A stretch of DNA of 64,000 bases from Eledone cirrhosa. Taxonomy: Eukaryota. Made by a program: the position numbers and the translations under genes. Below are positions 1-15,000 of the stretch, piece by piece (the stretch's first letter is position 1; each line of letters opens with the position of its first letter). The notes under the pieces were generated by a model. The model saw only the letters and a list, made by a program, of their open reading frames with translations, had not been told where the DNA came from and did not search any database. The stretch spans positions 416,229,307 to 416,293,306 of the forward strand of contig OZ024741.1 in the NCBI GenBank assembly GCA_964016885.1, read 5' to 3'.

Positions 1-3000
1 TTTCCAACCTGGTCAACACTGACCAGGACTACTACCTACAGTTGTCTTAACCCTTTAGTTTCTAACCTGGTCAACACTGAGCAGGACTATTACCTACAGC
101 TGTGTTAACCCTTTAGTTACCAACCTGGTCAACACAAACCAGGACTATTACCTACAGTTGTCTTAATCCTTTAGTTTCCAACCTGGTCAACACTGACCAG
201 GACTATTACCTACAGTTGTCTTAACCCTTTAGTTACCAACCTAGTCAACACTAACCAGGACTATTAACTACAGTTGTCTTAACCCTTTAGTTACCAACCT
301 GGTCAACACTGACCAAGACTATTACCTACAGTTGTCTTAACCCTTTAGTTACCAACCTGGTCAACACTGACCAGGACTATTACCTACAGTTGTCTTAACC
401 CTTTAGTTTCCAACCTGGTCAACACTGACCAGGACTATTACCTACAGCTGTGTTAACCCTTTAGTTACCAACCTGGTCAACACTGACCAGGACTATTACC
501 TACAGTTGTCTTAACCCTTTAGTTACCAACCTGGTCAACACTGACCAGGACTATTACCTACTGTTGTTTTAACCCTTTAGTTACCAACCTGGTCAACACT
601 GACCAGCACTATTACCTAGAGTTGTCTTAACCCTTTAGTTACCAACCTGGTCAACACTGACCATGACTATTACCTACAGCTGTGTTAACCCTTTAGTTAC
701 CAACCTGGTTAACACTGACCAGGACTATTACCTACAGTTGTCTTAACCCTTTAGTTACCAACCTGGTCAACACAGACCAGGACTATTACCTACAGTTGTC
801 TTAACCCTTTAGTTTCCAACCTGGTCAACACTGACCATGACTATTACCTACAGTTGTCTTAACCCTTTAGTTACCAACCTGGTCAACACTGACCAGGACT
901 TACCTACAGTTGTCTTAACCCTTTAGTTACCAACCTGGTCAACACTGACCAGGACTTTAACCTACAGTTGTCTTAACCCTTTAGTTACCAACCTGGTCAA
1001 CACTGACCAGGACTTACCTACAGTTGTCTTAACCCTTTAGTTACCAACCTGGTCAACACTGACCAGGACTTACCTACAGTTGTCTCAACCCTTTAGTTAC
1101 CAACCTGGTCAACACTGACCAAGACTTACCTACAGTTGTCTTAACCCTTTAGTTACCAACCTGGTCAACACTGACCTGGACTATTACTTACAGTTGTCTT
1201 AACCCTTTAGTTACCAACCTGGTCAACACTGACCAAGACTATTACCTACAGTTGTCTTAACCATTTAGTTTCCAACCTGGTCAACACTGACCAGGACTAT
1301 TACCTACAGTTGTGTTAACCCTTTAGTTTCCACCCTGGTCAACACTGATCAAGACTATTACCTACAGTTTTCTCAACCCTTTAGTTACCAACCTGGTCAA
1401 CACTGACCAAGACTATTACCTACAGTTGTCTTAACCCTTTAGTTACCAACCTGGTCAACACTGACCAGGACTATTACCTACAGTTGTATTAACCCTTTAG
1501 TTACCAACCTGGTCAACACTGACCAAGACTATTACCTACAGTTGTCTTAACCCTTTAGTTTCCAACCTGGTCAACACTGACCAGCACTAGTACCTACAGT
1601 TGTCTTAACCCTTTAGTTACCAACCTGGTCAACACTGACCAAGACTATTATCTACAGTTGTCTTAACCCCTTATTTACCAACCTGGTCAACACTGACCAG
1701 GACTATTACCTACCGTTGTCTTAACCCTTTAGTTACCAACCTGGTCAACACTGACCAGGACTATTACCTACAGTTGTCTTAACCCTTTAGTTTCCAACCT
1801 GGTCAACACTGACCAAGACTATTACCTACAGTTGTCTTAACCCTTTAGTTACCAACCTGGTCAACACTGACCAAGACTATTACCTACAGTTGTCTTAAAC
1901 CCTTTAGTTTCCAGCCTGGTCAACACTGACCAAGACTATTACCTACAGTTGTCTTAAACCCTTTAGTTTCCAACCTGGTCAACACTGACCAGGACTACTA
2001 CCTACAGTTGTCTTAACCCTTTAGTTTCTAACCTGGTCAACACTGACCAGGACTATTACCTACAGCTGTGTTAACCCTTTAGTTACCAACCTGGTCAACA
2101 CAAACCAGGACTATTACCTACAGTTGTCTTAATCCTTTAGTTTCCAACCTGGTCAACACTGACCAGGACTATTACCTACAGTTGTCTTAACCCTTTAGTT
2201 ACCAACCTAGTCAACACTAACCAGGACTATTAACTACAGTTGTCTTAACCCTTTAGTTACCAACCTGGTCAACACTGACCAAGACTATTACCTACAGTTG
2301 TCTTAACCCTTTAGTTACCAACCTGGTCAACACTGACCGGGACTATTACCTACAGTTCTCTTAACCCTTTAGTTTCCAACCTGGTCAACACTGACCAGGA
2401 CTATTACCTACAGCTGTGTTAACCCTTTAGTTACCAACCTGGTCAACACAGACCAGGACTATTACCTACAGTTGTCTTAACCCTTTAGTTTCCAACCTGG
2501 TCAACACTGACCAGGACTATTACCTACAGTTGTCTTAACCCTTTAGTTACCAACCTGGTCAACACTGACCAGGACTATTACCTACAGTTGTTTTAACCCT
2601 TTAGTTACCAACCTGGTCAACACTGACCAGCACTATTACCTAGAGTTGTCTTAACCCTTTAGTTACCAACCTGGTCAACACTGACCATGACTATTACCTA
2701 CAGCTGTGTTAACCCCTTAGTTACCAACCTGGTTAACACTGACCAGGACTATTACCTACAGTTGTCTTAACCCTTTAGTTACCAACCTGGTCAACACAGA
2801 CCAGGACTATTACCTACAGTTGTCTTAACCCTTTAGTTTCCAACCTGGTCAACACTGACCATGACTATTACCTACAGTTGTCTTAACCCTTTAGTTACCA
2901 ACCTGGTCAACACTGACCAGGACTTACCTACAGTTGTCTTAACCCTTTAGTTACCAACCTGGTCAACACTGACCAGGACTTTAACCTACAGTTGTCTTAA

Positions 3001-6000
3001 CCCTTTAGTTACCAACCTGGTCAACACTGACCAGGACTATTACCTACAGTTGTCATATACCCTTTAGTTTCCAGCCTGGTCAACACTGACCAGGACTATT
3101 ACCTACAGTTGTCTTAAACCCTTTAGTTTCCAGCCTGGTCAACACTGACCAGGACTATTACCTACAGTTGTTTTAACCCTTTAGTTACCAACCTGGTCAA
3201 CACTGACCAGGACAATTACCTACAGTTGTCTTAAACCCTTTAGTTTCCAGCCTGGTCAAAACTGACCAGGACTATTACCTACAGTTGTTTTAACCCTTTA
3301 GTTACCAACCTGGTCAACACTGACCATGACTATTACCTACAGTTGTCTTAACCCTTTAGTTACCAACCTGGTCAACACTGACCAGGACTATTACCTACAG
3401 TTTTCTCAACCCTTTAGTTACCAACCTGGTCAACACTGACCAAGACTTACCTACAGTTGTCTTAACCCTTTAGTTACCAACCTGGTCAACACTGACCTGG
3501 ACTATTACTTACAGTTGTCTTAACCCTTTAGTTACCAACCTGGTCAACACTGACCAGCACTAGTACCTACAGTTGTATTAACCCTTTAGTTACCAACCTG
3601 GTCAACACTGACCAGGACTATTACCTACAGTTGTCTTAACCCTTTAGTTTCCAACCTGGTCAACACTGACCAGCACTAGTACCTACAGTTGTCTTAACCC
3701 TTTAGTTACCAACCTGGTCAACACTGACCAAGACTATTATCTACAGTTGTCTTAACCCCTTAGTTACCAACCTGGTCAACACTGACCAGGACTATTACCT
3801 ACCGTTGTCTTAACCCTTTAGTTACCAACCTGGTCAACACTGACCAGTACTATTACCTATAGTTGTCTTAACCCTTTAGTTTCCAACCTGGTCAACACTG
3901 ACCAAGACTATTACCTACAGTTGTCTTAACCCTTTAGTTACCAACCTGGTCAACACTGACCAAGACTATTACCTACAGTTGTCTTAACCGTTTAGTTTCC
4001 AACCTGGTCAACACTGACCAGGACTACTACCTACAGTTGTCTTAACCCTTTAGTTTCTAACCTGGTCAACACTGACCAGGACTATTACCTACAGCTGTGT
4101 TAACCCTTTAGTTACCAACCTGGTCAACACAAACCAGGACTATTACCTACAGTTGACTTAATCCTTTAGTTTCCAACCTGGTCAACACTGACCAGGACTA
4201 TTACCTACAGTTGTCTTAACCCTTTAGTTACCAACCTGGTCAACACTGACCAGGACTATTACCTACAGTTGTTTTAACCCTTTAGTTACCAACCTGGTCA
4301 ACACTGACCAGGACTATTAACTACAGTTGTCTTAACCCTTTAGTTACCAACCTGGTCAACACTGACCAAGACTATTACCTACAGTTGTCTTAACCCTTTA
4401 GTTACCAACCTGGTCAACACTGACCAGGACTATTACCTACAGTTGTCTTAACCCTTTAGTTTCCAACCTGGTCAACACTGACCAGGACTATTACCTACAG
4501 CTGTGTTAACCCTTTAGTTACCAACCTGGTCAACACAGACCAGGACTATTACCTACAGTTGTCTTAACCCTTTAGTTTCCAACCTGGTCAACACTGACCA
4601 GGACTATTACCTACAGTTGTCTTAACCCTTTAGTTACCAACCTGGTCAACACTGACCAGGACTATTACCTACAGTTGTTTTAACCCTTTAGTTACCAACC
4701 TGGTCAAAACTGACCAGCACTATTACCTAGAGTTGTCTTAACCCTTTAGTTACCAACCTGGTCAACACTGACCAGGACTATTACCTACAGATGTGTTAAC
4801 CCTTTAGTTACCAACCTGGTCAACACTGACCAGGACTATTACCTACAGTTGTGTTAACCCTTTAGATTCCACCCTGGTCAACACTGACCAGGACTATAAC
4901 CTACAGTTGTCTTAACCCTTTAGTTTCCAACCTGGTCAACACTGACCAGGACTATTACCTACAGCTGTGTTAACCCTTTAGTTACCAACCTGGTCAACAC
5001 TAACCAGGACTATTACCTACAGTTGTCTTAAACCATTTAGTTTCCAGCCTGGTCAACACTGACCAGGAATATTACCTACAGTTGTATTAACCCTTTAGTT
5101 ACCAACCTGGTCAACACTGACCAGGACTATTACCTACAGCTGTGTTAACCCTTTAGTTACCAACCTGGTCAACACTGACCATGACTATTACCTACAGCTG
5201 TGTTAACCCTTTAGTTACCAACCTGGTTAACACTGACCAGGACTATTACCTACAGTTGTCTTAACCCTTTAGTTACCAACCTGGTCAACACAGACCAGGA
5301 CTATTACCTACAGTTGTCTTAACCCTTTAGTTACCAACCTGGTCAACACTGACCAGGACTATTACCTACAGTTGTTTTAACCCTTTAGTTACCAACCTGG
5401 TCAAAACTGACCAGCACTATTACCTAGAGTTGTCTTAACCCTTTAGTTACCAACCTGGTCAACACTGACCAGGACTATTACCTACAGATGTGTTAACCCT
5501 TTAGTTACCAACCTGGTCAACACTGACCAGGACTATTACCTACAGTTGTGTTAACCCTTTAGATTCCACCCTGGTCAACACTGACCAGGACTATAACCTA
5601 CAGTTGTCTTAACCCTTTAGTTTCCAACCTGGTCAACACTGACCAGGACTATTACCTACAGCTGTGTTAACCCTTTAGTTACCAACCTGGTCAACACTAA
5701 CCAGGACTATTACCTACAGTTGTCTTAAACCATTTAGTTTCCAGCCTGGTCAACACTGACCAGGAATATTACCTACAGTTGTATTAACCCTTTAGTTACC
5801 AACCTGGTCAACACTGACCAGGACTATTACCTACAGCTGTGTTAACCCTTTAGTTACCAACCTGGTCAACACTGACCATGACTATTACCTACAGCTGTGT
5901 TAACCCTTTAGTTACCAACCTGGTTAACACTGACCAGGACTATTACCTACAGTTGTCTTAACCCTTTAGTTACCAACCTGGTCAACACAGACCAGGACTA

Positions 6001-9000
6001 TTACCTACAGTTGTCTTAACCCTTTAGTTACCAACCTGGTCAACACTGACCAGGACTTACCTACAGTTGTCTTAACCCTTTAGTTACCAACCTGGTCAAC
6101 ACTGACCAGGACTTTAACCTACAGTTGTCTTAACCCTTTAGTTACCAACCTGGTCAACACTGACCAGGACTTACCTACAGTTGTCTTAACCCTTTAGTTA
6201 CCAACCTGGTCAACACTGACCAGGACTTACCTACAGTTGTCTTAACCCTTTAGTTACCAACCTGGTCAACACTGACCAGGACTATTACCTACAGTTGTCT
6301 TAAACCCTTTAGTTTGCAGCCTGGTCAACACTGACCAGGACTATTACCTACAGTTGTCTTAAACCCTTTTGTTTCCAGCCTGGTCAACACTGACCAGGAC
6401 TATTACCTACAGTTGTTTTAACCCTTTAGTTACCAACCTGGTCAACACTGACCAGGACTATTACCTACAGTTGTCTTAAACTCTTTAGTTTCCAGCCTGG
6501 TCAACACTGACCAGGACTATTACCTACAGTTGTCTTAACCCTTTAGTTACCAACCTGGTCAACACTGACCATGACTATTACCTACAGTTGTCTTAACCCT
6601 TTAGTTACCAACCTGGTCAACACTGACCAGGACTATTACCTACAGATGTGTTAACCCTTTAGTTACCAACCTGGTCAACACTGACCAGGACTATTACCTA
6701 CAGTTGTGTTAACCCTTTAGATTCCACCCTGGTCAACACTGACCAGGACTATAACCTACAGTTGTCTTAACCCTTTAGTTTCCAACCTGGTCAACACTGA
6801 CCAGGACTATTACCTACAGCTGTGTTAACCCTTTAGTTACCAACCTGGTCAACACTAACCAGGACTATTACCTACAGTTGTCTTAAACCATTTAGTTTCC
6901 AGCCTGGTCAACACTGACCAGGAATATTACCTACAGTTGTATTAACCCTTTAGTTACCAACCTGGTCAACACTGACCAGGACTATTACCTACAGCTGTGT
7001 TAACCCTTTAGTTACCAACCTGGTCAACACTGACCATGACTATTACCTACAGCTGTGTTAACCCTTTAGTTACCAACCTGGTTAACACTGACCAGGACTA
7101 TTACCTACAGTTGTCTTAACCCTTTAGTTACCAACCTGGTCAACACAGACCAGGACTATTACCTACAGTTGTCTTAACCCTTTAGTTACCAACCTGGTCA
7201 ACACTGACCAGGACTATTACCTACAGTTGTTTTAACCCTTTAGTTACCAACCTGGTCAAAACTGACCAGCACTATTACCTAGAGTTGTCTTAACCCTTTA
7301 GTTACCAACCTGGTCAACACTGACCAGGACTATTACCTACAGATGTGTTAACCCTTTAGTTACCAACCTGGTCAACACTGACCAGGACTATTACCTACAG
7401 TTGTGTTAACCCTTTAGATTCCACCCTGGTCAACACTGACCAGGACTATAACCTACAGTTGTCTTAACCCTTTAGTTTCCAACCTGGTCAACACTGACCA
7501 GGACTATTACCTACAGCTGTGTTAACCCTTTAGTTACCAACCTGGTCAACACTAACCAGGACTATTACCTACAGTTGTCTTAAACCATTTAGTTTCCAGC
7601 CTGGTCAACACTGACCAGGAATATTACCTACAGTTGTATTAACCCTTTAGTTACCAACCTGGTCAACACTGACCAGGACTATTACCTACAGCTGTGTTAA
7701 CCCTTTAGTTACCAACCTGGTCAACACTGACCATGACTATTACCTACAGCTGTGTTAACCCTTTAGTTACCAACCTGGTTAACACTGACCAGGACTATTA
7801 CCTACAGTTGTCTTAACCCTTTAGTTACCAACCTGGTCAACACAGACCAGGACTATTACCTACAGTTGTCTTAACCCTTTAGTTACCAACCTGGTCAACA
7901 CTGACCAGGACTTACCTACAGTTGTCTTAACCCTTTAGTTACCAACCTGGTCAACACTGACCAGGACTTTAACCTACAGTTGTCTTAACCCTTTAGTTAC
8001 CAACCTGGTCAACACTGACCAGGACTTACCTACAGTTGTCTTAACCCTTTAGTTACCAACCTGGTCAACACTGACCAGGACTTACCTACAGTTGTCTTAA
8101 CCCTTTAGTTACCAACCTGGTCAACACTGACCAGGACTATTACCTACAGTTGTCTTAAACCCTTTAGTTTGCAGCCTGGTCAACACTGACCAGGACTATT
8201 ACCTACAGTTGTCTTAAACCCTTTTGTTTCCAGCCTGGTCAACACTGACCAGGACTATTACCTACAGTTGTTTTAACCCTTTAGTTACCAACCTGGTCAA
8301 CACTGACCAGGACTATTACCTACAGTTGTCTTAAACTCTTTAGTTTCCAGCCTGGTCAACACTGACCAGGACTATTACCTACAGTTGTCTTAACCCTTTA
8401 GTTACCAACCTGGTCAACACTGACCATGACTATTACCTACAGTTGTCTTAACCCTTTAGTTACCAACCTGGTCAACACTGACCAGGACTATCACCTACAG
8501 TTTTCTCAACCCTTTAGTTACCAACCTGGTCAACACTGACCAAGACTTACCTACAGTTGTCTTAACCCTTTAGTTACCAACCTGGTCAACACTGACCTGG
8601 ACTATTACTTACAGTTGTCTTAACCCTTTAGTTACCAACCTGGTCAACACTGAACAAGACTATTACCTACAGTTGTCTTAACCCTTTAGTTTCCAACCTG
8701 GTCAACACTGACCAGGACTATTACCTACAGTTGTGTTAACCCTTTAGTTTCCACCCTGGTCAACACTGACCAGGACTATTACCTACAGTTGTCTTAACCC
8801 TTTAGTTTCCAACATGGTCAACACTGACCAAGACTATTACCTACAGTTGTCTTAACCCTTTAGTTACCAACCTGGTCAACACTGACCAGGACTATTACCT
8901 ACAGTTGTCTTAACCCTTTAGTTTCCAACCTGGTCAACACTGACCAAGACTATTACCTACAGTTTTCTCAACCCTTTAGTTACCAACCTGGTCAACACTG

Positions 9001-12000
9001 ACCAAGACTATTACCTACAGTTGTCTTAACCCTTTAGTTACCAACCTGGTCAACACTGACCAGGATTATTACCTACAGTTGTATTAACCCTTTAGTTACC
9101 AACCTGGTCAACACTGACCAAGACTATTACCTACAGTTGTCTTAACCCTTTAGTTTCCAACCTGGTCAACACTGACCAGCACTAGTACCTACATTTGTCT
9201 TAAACCTTTAGTTACCAACCTGGTCAACACTGACCAAGACTATTACCTACAGTTGTCTTAACCCCTTAGTTACCAACCTGGTCAACACTGACCAGGACTA
9301 TTACCTACCGTTGTCTTAACCCTTTAGTTACCAATCTGGTCAACACTGACCAGGACTATTACCTACAGTTGTCTTAACCCTTTAGTTTCCAACCTGGTCA
9401 ACACTGACCAAGAATATTACCTACAGATGTCTTAACCCTTTAGTTACCAACCTGGTCAACACTGACCAAGACTATTACCTACAGTGGTCTTAACTCTTTA
9501 GTTACCAACCTGGTCAACACTGACCAGGACTACTACCTACAGTTGTCTTAACCCTTTTGTTTCTAACCTGGTCAACACTGACCAGGACTATTACCTACAG
9601 CTGTGTTAACCCTTTAGTTACCAACCTGGTCAACACTGACCAAGACTATTACCTACAGTTGTCTTAACGCTTTAGTTTCCAACCTGGTCAACACTGACCA
9701 GGACTATTACCTACAGTTCTGTTAACCCTTTAGTTACCAACCTGGTCAAAACTGACCAGGATTATTACCTACAGTTGTCTTAACCCTTTAGTTACCAACC
9801 TGGTCAACACTGACCAGGACTTTAACCTACAGTTGTCTTAACCCTTTAGTTACCAACCTGGTCAACACTGACCAGGACTTACCTACAGTTGTCTTAACCC
9901 TTTAGTTACCAACCTGGTCAACACTGACCAGGACTTACCTACAGTTGTCTCAACCCTTTAGTTACCAACCTGGTCAACACTGACCAAGACTTACCTACAG
10001 TTGTCTTAACCCTTTAGTTACCAACCTGGTCAACACTGACCTGGACTATTACTTACAGTTGTCTTAACCCTTTAGTTACCAACCTGGTCAACACTGACCA
10101 AGACTATTACCTACAGTTGTCTTAACCATTTAGTTTCCAACCTGGTCAACACTGACCAGGACTATTACCTACAGTTGTGTTAACCCTTTAGTTTCCACCC
10201 TGGTCAACACTGATCAAGACTATTACCTACAGTTTTCTCAACCCTTTAGTTACCAACCTGGTCAACACTGACCAAGACTATTACCTACAGTTGTCTTAAC
10301 CCTTTAGTTACCAACCTGGTCAACACTGACCAGGACTATTACCTACAGTTGTATTAACCCTTTAGTTACCAACCTGGTCAACACTGACCAAGACTATTAC
10401 CTACAGTTGTCTTAACCCTTTAGTTTCCAACCTGGTCAACACTGACCAGCACTAGTACCTACAGTTGTCTTAACCCTTTAGTTACCAACCTGGTCAACAC
10501 TGACCAAGACTATTATCTACAGTTGTCTTAACCCCTTAGTTACCAACCTGGTCAACACTGACCAGGACTATTACCTACCGTTGTCTTAACCCTTTAGTTA
10601 CCAACCTGGTCAACACTGACCAGGACTATTACCTACAGTTGTCTTAACCCTTTAGTTTCCAACCTGGTCAACACTGACCAAGACTATTACCTACAGTTGT
10701 CTTAACCCTTTAGTTACCAACCTGGTCAACACTGACCAAGACTATTACCTACAGTTGTCTTAAACCCTTTAGTTTCCAGCCTGGTCAACACTGACCAAGA
10801 CTATTACCTACAGTTGTCTTAAACCCTTTAGTTTCCAACCTGGTCAACACTGACCAGGACTACTACCTACAGTTGTCTTAACCCTTTAGTTTCTAACCTG
10901 GTCAACACTGACCAGGACTATTACCTACAGCTGTGTTAACCCTTTAGTTACCAACCTGGTCAACACAAACCAGGACTATTACCTACAGTTGTCTTAATCC
11001 TTTAGTTTCCAACCTGGTCAACACTGACCAGGACTATTACCTACAGTTGTCTTAACCCTTTAGTTACCAACCTAGTCAACACTAACCAGGACTATTAACT
11101 ACAGTTGTCTTAACCCTTTAGTTACCAACCTGGTCAACACTGACCAAGACTATTACCTACAGTTGTCTTAACCCTTTAGTTACCAACCTGGTCAACACTG
11201 ACCGGGACTATTACCTACAGTTGTCTTAACCCTTTAGTTTCCAACCTGGTCAACACTGACCAGGACTATTACCTACAGCTGTGTTAACCCTTTAGTTACC
11301 AACCTGGTCAACACAGACCAGGACTATTACCTACAGTTGTCTTAACCCTTTAGTTTCCAACCTGGTCAACACTGACCAGGACTATTACCTACAGTTGTCT
11401 TAACCCTTTAGTTACCAACCTGGTCAACACTGACCAGGACTATTACCTACAGTTGTTTTAACCCTTTAGTTACCAACCTGGTCAACACTGACCAGCACTA
11501 TTACCTAGAGTTGTCTTAACCCTTTAGTTACCAACCTGGTCAACACTGACCATGACTATTACCTACAGCTGTGTTAACCCTTTAGTTACCAACCTGGTCA
11601 ACACTAACCAGGACTATTACCTACAGTTGTCTTAAACCATTTAGTTTCCAGCCTGGTCAACACTGACCAGGAATATTACCTACAGTTGTATTAACCCTTT
11701 AGTTACCAACCTGGTCAACACTGACCAGGACTATTACCTACAGCTGTGTTAACCCTTTAGTTACCAACCTGGTCAACACTGACCATGACTATTACCTACA
11801 GCTGTGTTAACCCTTTAGTTACCAACCTGGTTAACACTGACCAGGACTATTACCTACAGTTGTCTTAACCCTTTAGTTACCAACCTGGTCAACACAGACC
11901 AGGACTATTACCTACAGTTGTCTTAACCCTTTAGTTACCAACCTGGTCAACACTGACCAGGACTTACCTACAGTTGTCTTAACCCTTTAGTTACCAACCT

Positions 12001-15000
12001 GGTCAACACTGACCAGGACTTTAACCTACAGTTGTCTTAACCCTTTAGTTACCAACCTGGTCAACACTGACCAGGACTTACCTACAGTTGTCTTAACCCT
12101 TTAGTTACCAACCTGGTCAACACTGACCAGGACTTACCTACAGTTGTCTTAACCCTTTAGTTACCAACCTGGTCAACACTGACCAGGACTATTACCTACA
12201 GTTGTCTTAAACCCTTTAGTTTGCAGCCTGGTCAACACTGACCAGGACTATTACCTACAGTTGTCTTAAACCCTTTTGTTTCCAGCCTGGTCAACACTGA
12301 CCAGGACTATTACCTACAGTTGTTTTAACCCTTTAGTTACCAACCTGGTCAACACTGACCAGGACTATTACCTACAGTTGTCTTAAACTCTTTAGTTTCC
12401 AGCCTGGTCAACACTGACCAGGACTATTACCTACAGTTGTCTTAACCCTTTAGTTACCAACCTGGTCAACACTGACCATGACTATTACCTACAGTTGTCT
12501 TAACCCTTTAGTTACCAACCTGGTCAACACTGACCAGGACTATCACCTACAGTTTTCTCAACCCTTTAGTTACCAACCTGGTCAACACTGACCAAGACTT
12601 ACCTACAGTTGTCTTAACCCTTTAGTTACCAACCTGGTCAACACTGACCTGGACTATTACTTACAGTTGTCGTAACCCTTTAGTTACCAACCTGGTCAAC
12701 ACTGAACAAGACTATTACCTACAGTTGTCTTAACCCTTTAGTTTCCAACCTGGTCAACACTGACCAGGACTATTACCTACAGTTGTGTTAACCCTTTAGT
12801 TTCCACCCTGGTCAACACTGACCAGGACTATTACCTACAGTTGTGTTAACCCTTTAGTTTCCAACATGGTCAACACTGACCAAGACTATTACCTACAGTT
12901 GTCTTAACCCTTTAGTTACCAACCTGGTCAACACTGACCAGGACTATTACCTACAGTTGTCTTAACCCTTTAGTTTCCAACCTGGTCAACACTGACCAAG
13001 ACTATTACCTACAGTTTTCTCAACCCTTTAGTTACCAACCTGGTCAACACTGACCAAGACTATTACCTACAGTTGTCTTAACCCTTTAGTTACCAACCTG
13101 GTCAACACTGACCAGGACTATTACCTACAGTTGTATTAACCCTTTAGTTACCAACCTGGTCAACACTGACCAAGACTATTACCTACAGTTGTCTTAACCC
13201 TTTAGTTTCCAACCTGGTCGACACTGACCAGCACTAGTACCTACATTTGTCTTAAACCTTTAGTTACCAACCTGGTCAACACTGACCAAGACTATTACCT
13301 ACAGTTGTCTTAACCCCTTAGTTACCAACCTGGTCAACACTGACCAGGACTATTACCTACCGTTGTCTTAACCCTTTAGTTACCAATCTGGTCAACACTG
13401 ACCAGGACTATTACCTACAGTTGTCTTAACCCTTTAGTTTCCAACCTGGTCAACACTGACCAAGAATATTACCTACAGTTGTCTTAACCCTTTAGTTACC
13501 AACCTGGTCAACACTGACCAAGACTATTACCTACAGTGGTCTTAACTCTTTAGTTACCAACCTGGTCAACACTGACCAGGACTACTACCTACAGTTGTCT
13601 TAACCCTTTTGTTTCTAACCTGGTCAACACTGACCAGGACTATTACCTACAGCTGTGTTAACCCTTTAGTTACCAACCTGGTCAACACTGACCAAGACTA
13701 TTACCTACAGTTGTCTTAACGCTTTAGTTTCCAACCTGGTCAACACTGACCAGGACTATTACCTACAGTTCTGTTAACCCTTTAGTTACCAACCTGGTCA
13801 AAACTGACCAGGATTATTACCTACAGTTGTCTTAACCCTTTAGTTACCAACCTGGTCAACACTGACCAGGACTTTAACCTACAGTTGTCTTAACCCTTTA
13901 GTTACCAACCTGGTCAACACTGACCAGGACTTACCTACAGTTGTCTTAACCCTTTAGTTACCAACCTGGTCAACACTGACCAGGACTTACCTACAGTTGT
14001 CTCAACCCTTTAGTTACCAACCTGGTCAACACTGACCAAGACTTACCTACAGTTGTCTTAACCCTTTAGTTACCAACCTGGTCAACACTGACCTGGACTA
14101 TTACTTACAGTTGTCTTAACCCTTTAGTTACCAACCTGGTCAACACTGACCAAGACTATTACCTACAGTTGTCTTAACCATTTAGTTTCCAACCTGGTCA
14201 ACACTGACCAGGACTATTACCTACAGTTGTGTTAACCCTTTAGTTTCCACCCTGGTCAACACTGATCAAGACTATTACCTACAGTTTTCTCAACCCTTTA
14301 GTTACCAACCTGGTCAACACTGACCAAGACTATTACCTACAGTTGTCTTAACCCTTTAGTTACCAACCTGGTCAACACTGACCAGGACTATTACCTACAG
14401 TTGTATTAACCCTTTAGTTACCAACCTGGTCAACACTGACCAAGACTATTACCTACAGTTGTCTTAACCCTTTAGTTTCCAACCTGGTCAACACTGACCA
14501 GCACTAGTACCTACAGTTGTCTTAACCCTTTAGTTACCAACCTGGTCAACACTGACCAAGACTATTATCTACAGTTGTCTTAACCCCTTAGTTACCAACC
14601 TGGTCAACACTGACCAGGACTATTACCTACCGTTGTCTTAACCCTTTAGTTACCAACCTGGTCAACACTGACCAGGACTATTACCTACAGTTGTCTTAAC
14701 CCTTTAGTTTCCAACCTGGTCAACACTGACCAAGACTATTACCTACAGTTGTCTTAACCCTTTAGTTACCAACCTGGTCAACACTGACCAAGACTATTAC
14801 CTACAGTTGTCTTAAACCCTTTAGTTTCCAGCCTGGTCAACACTGACCAAGACTATTACCTACAGTTGTCTTAAACCCTTTAGTTTCCAACCTGGTCAAC
14901 ACTGACCAGGACTACTACCTACAGTTGTCTTAACCCTTTAGTTTCTAACCTGGTCAACACTGACCAGGACTATTACCTACAGCTGTGTTAACCCTTTAGT

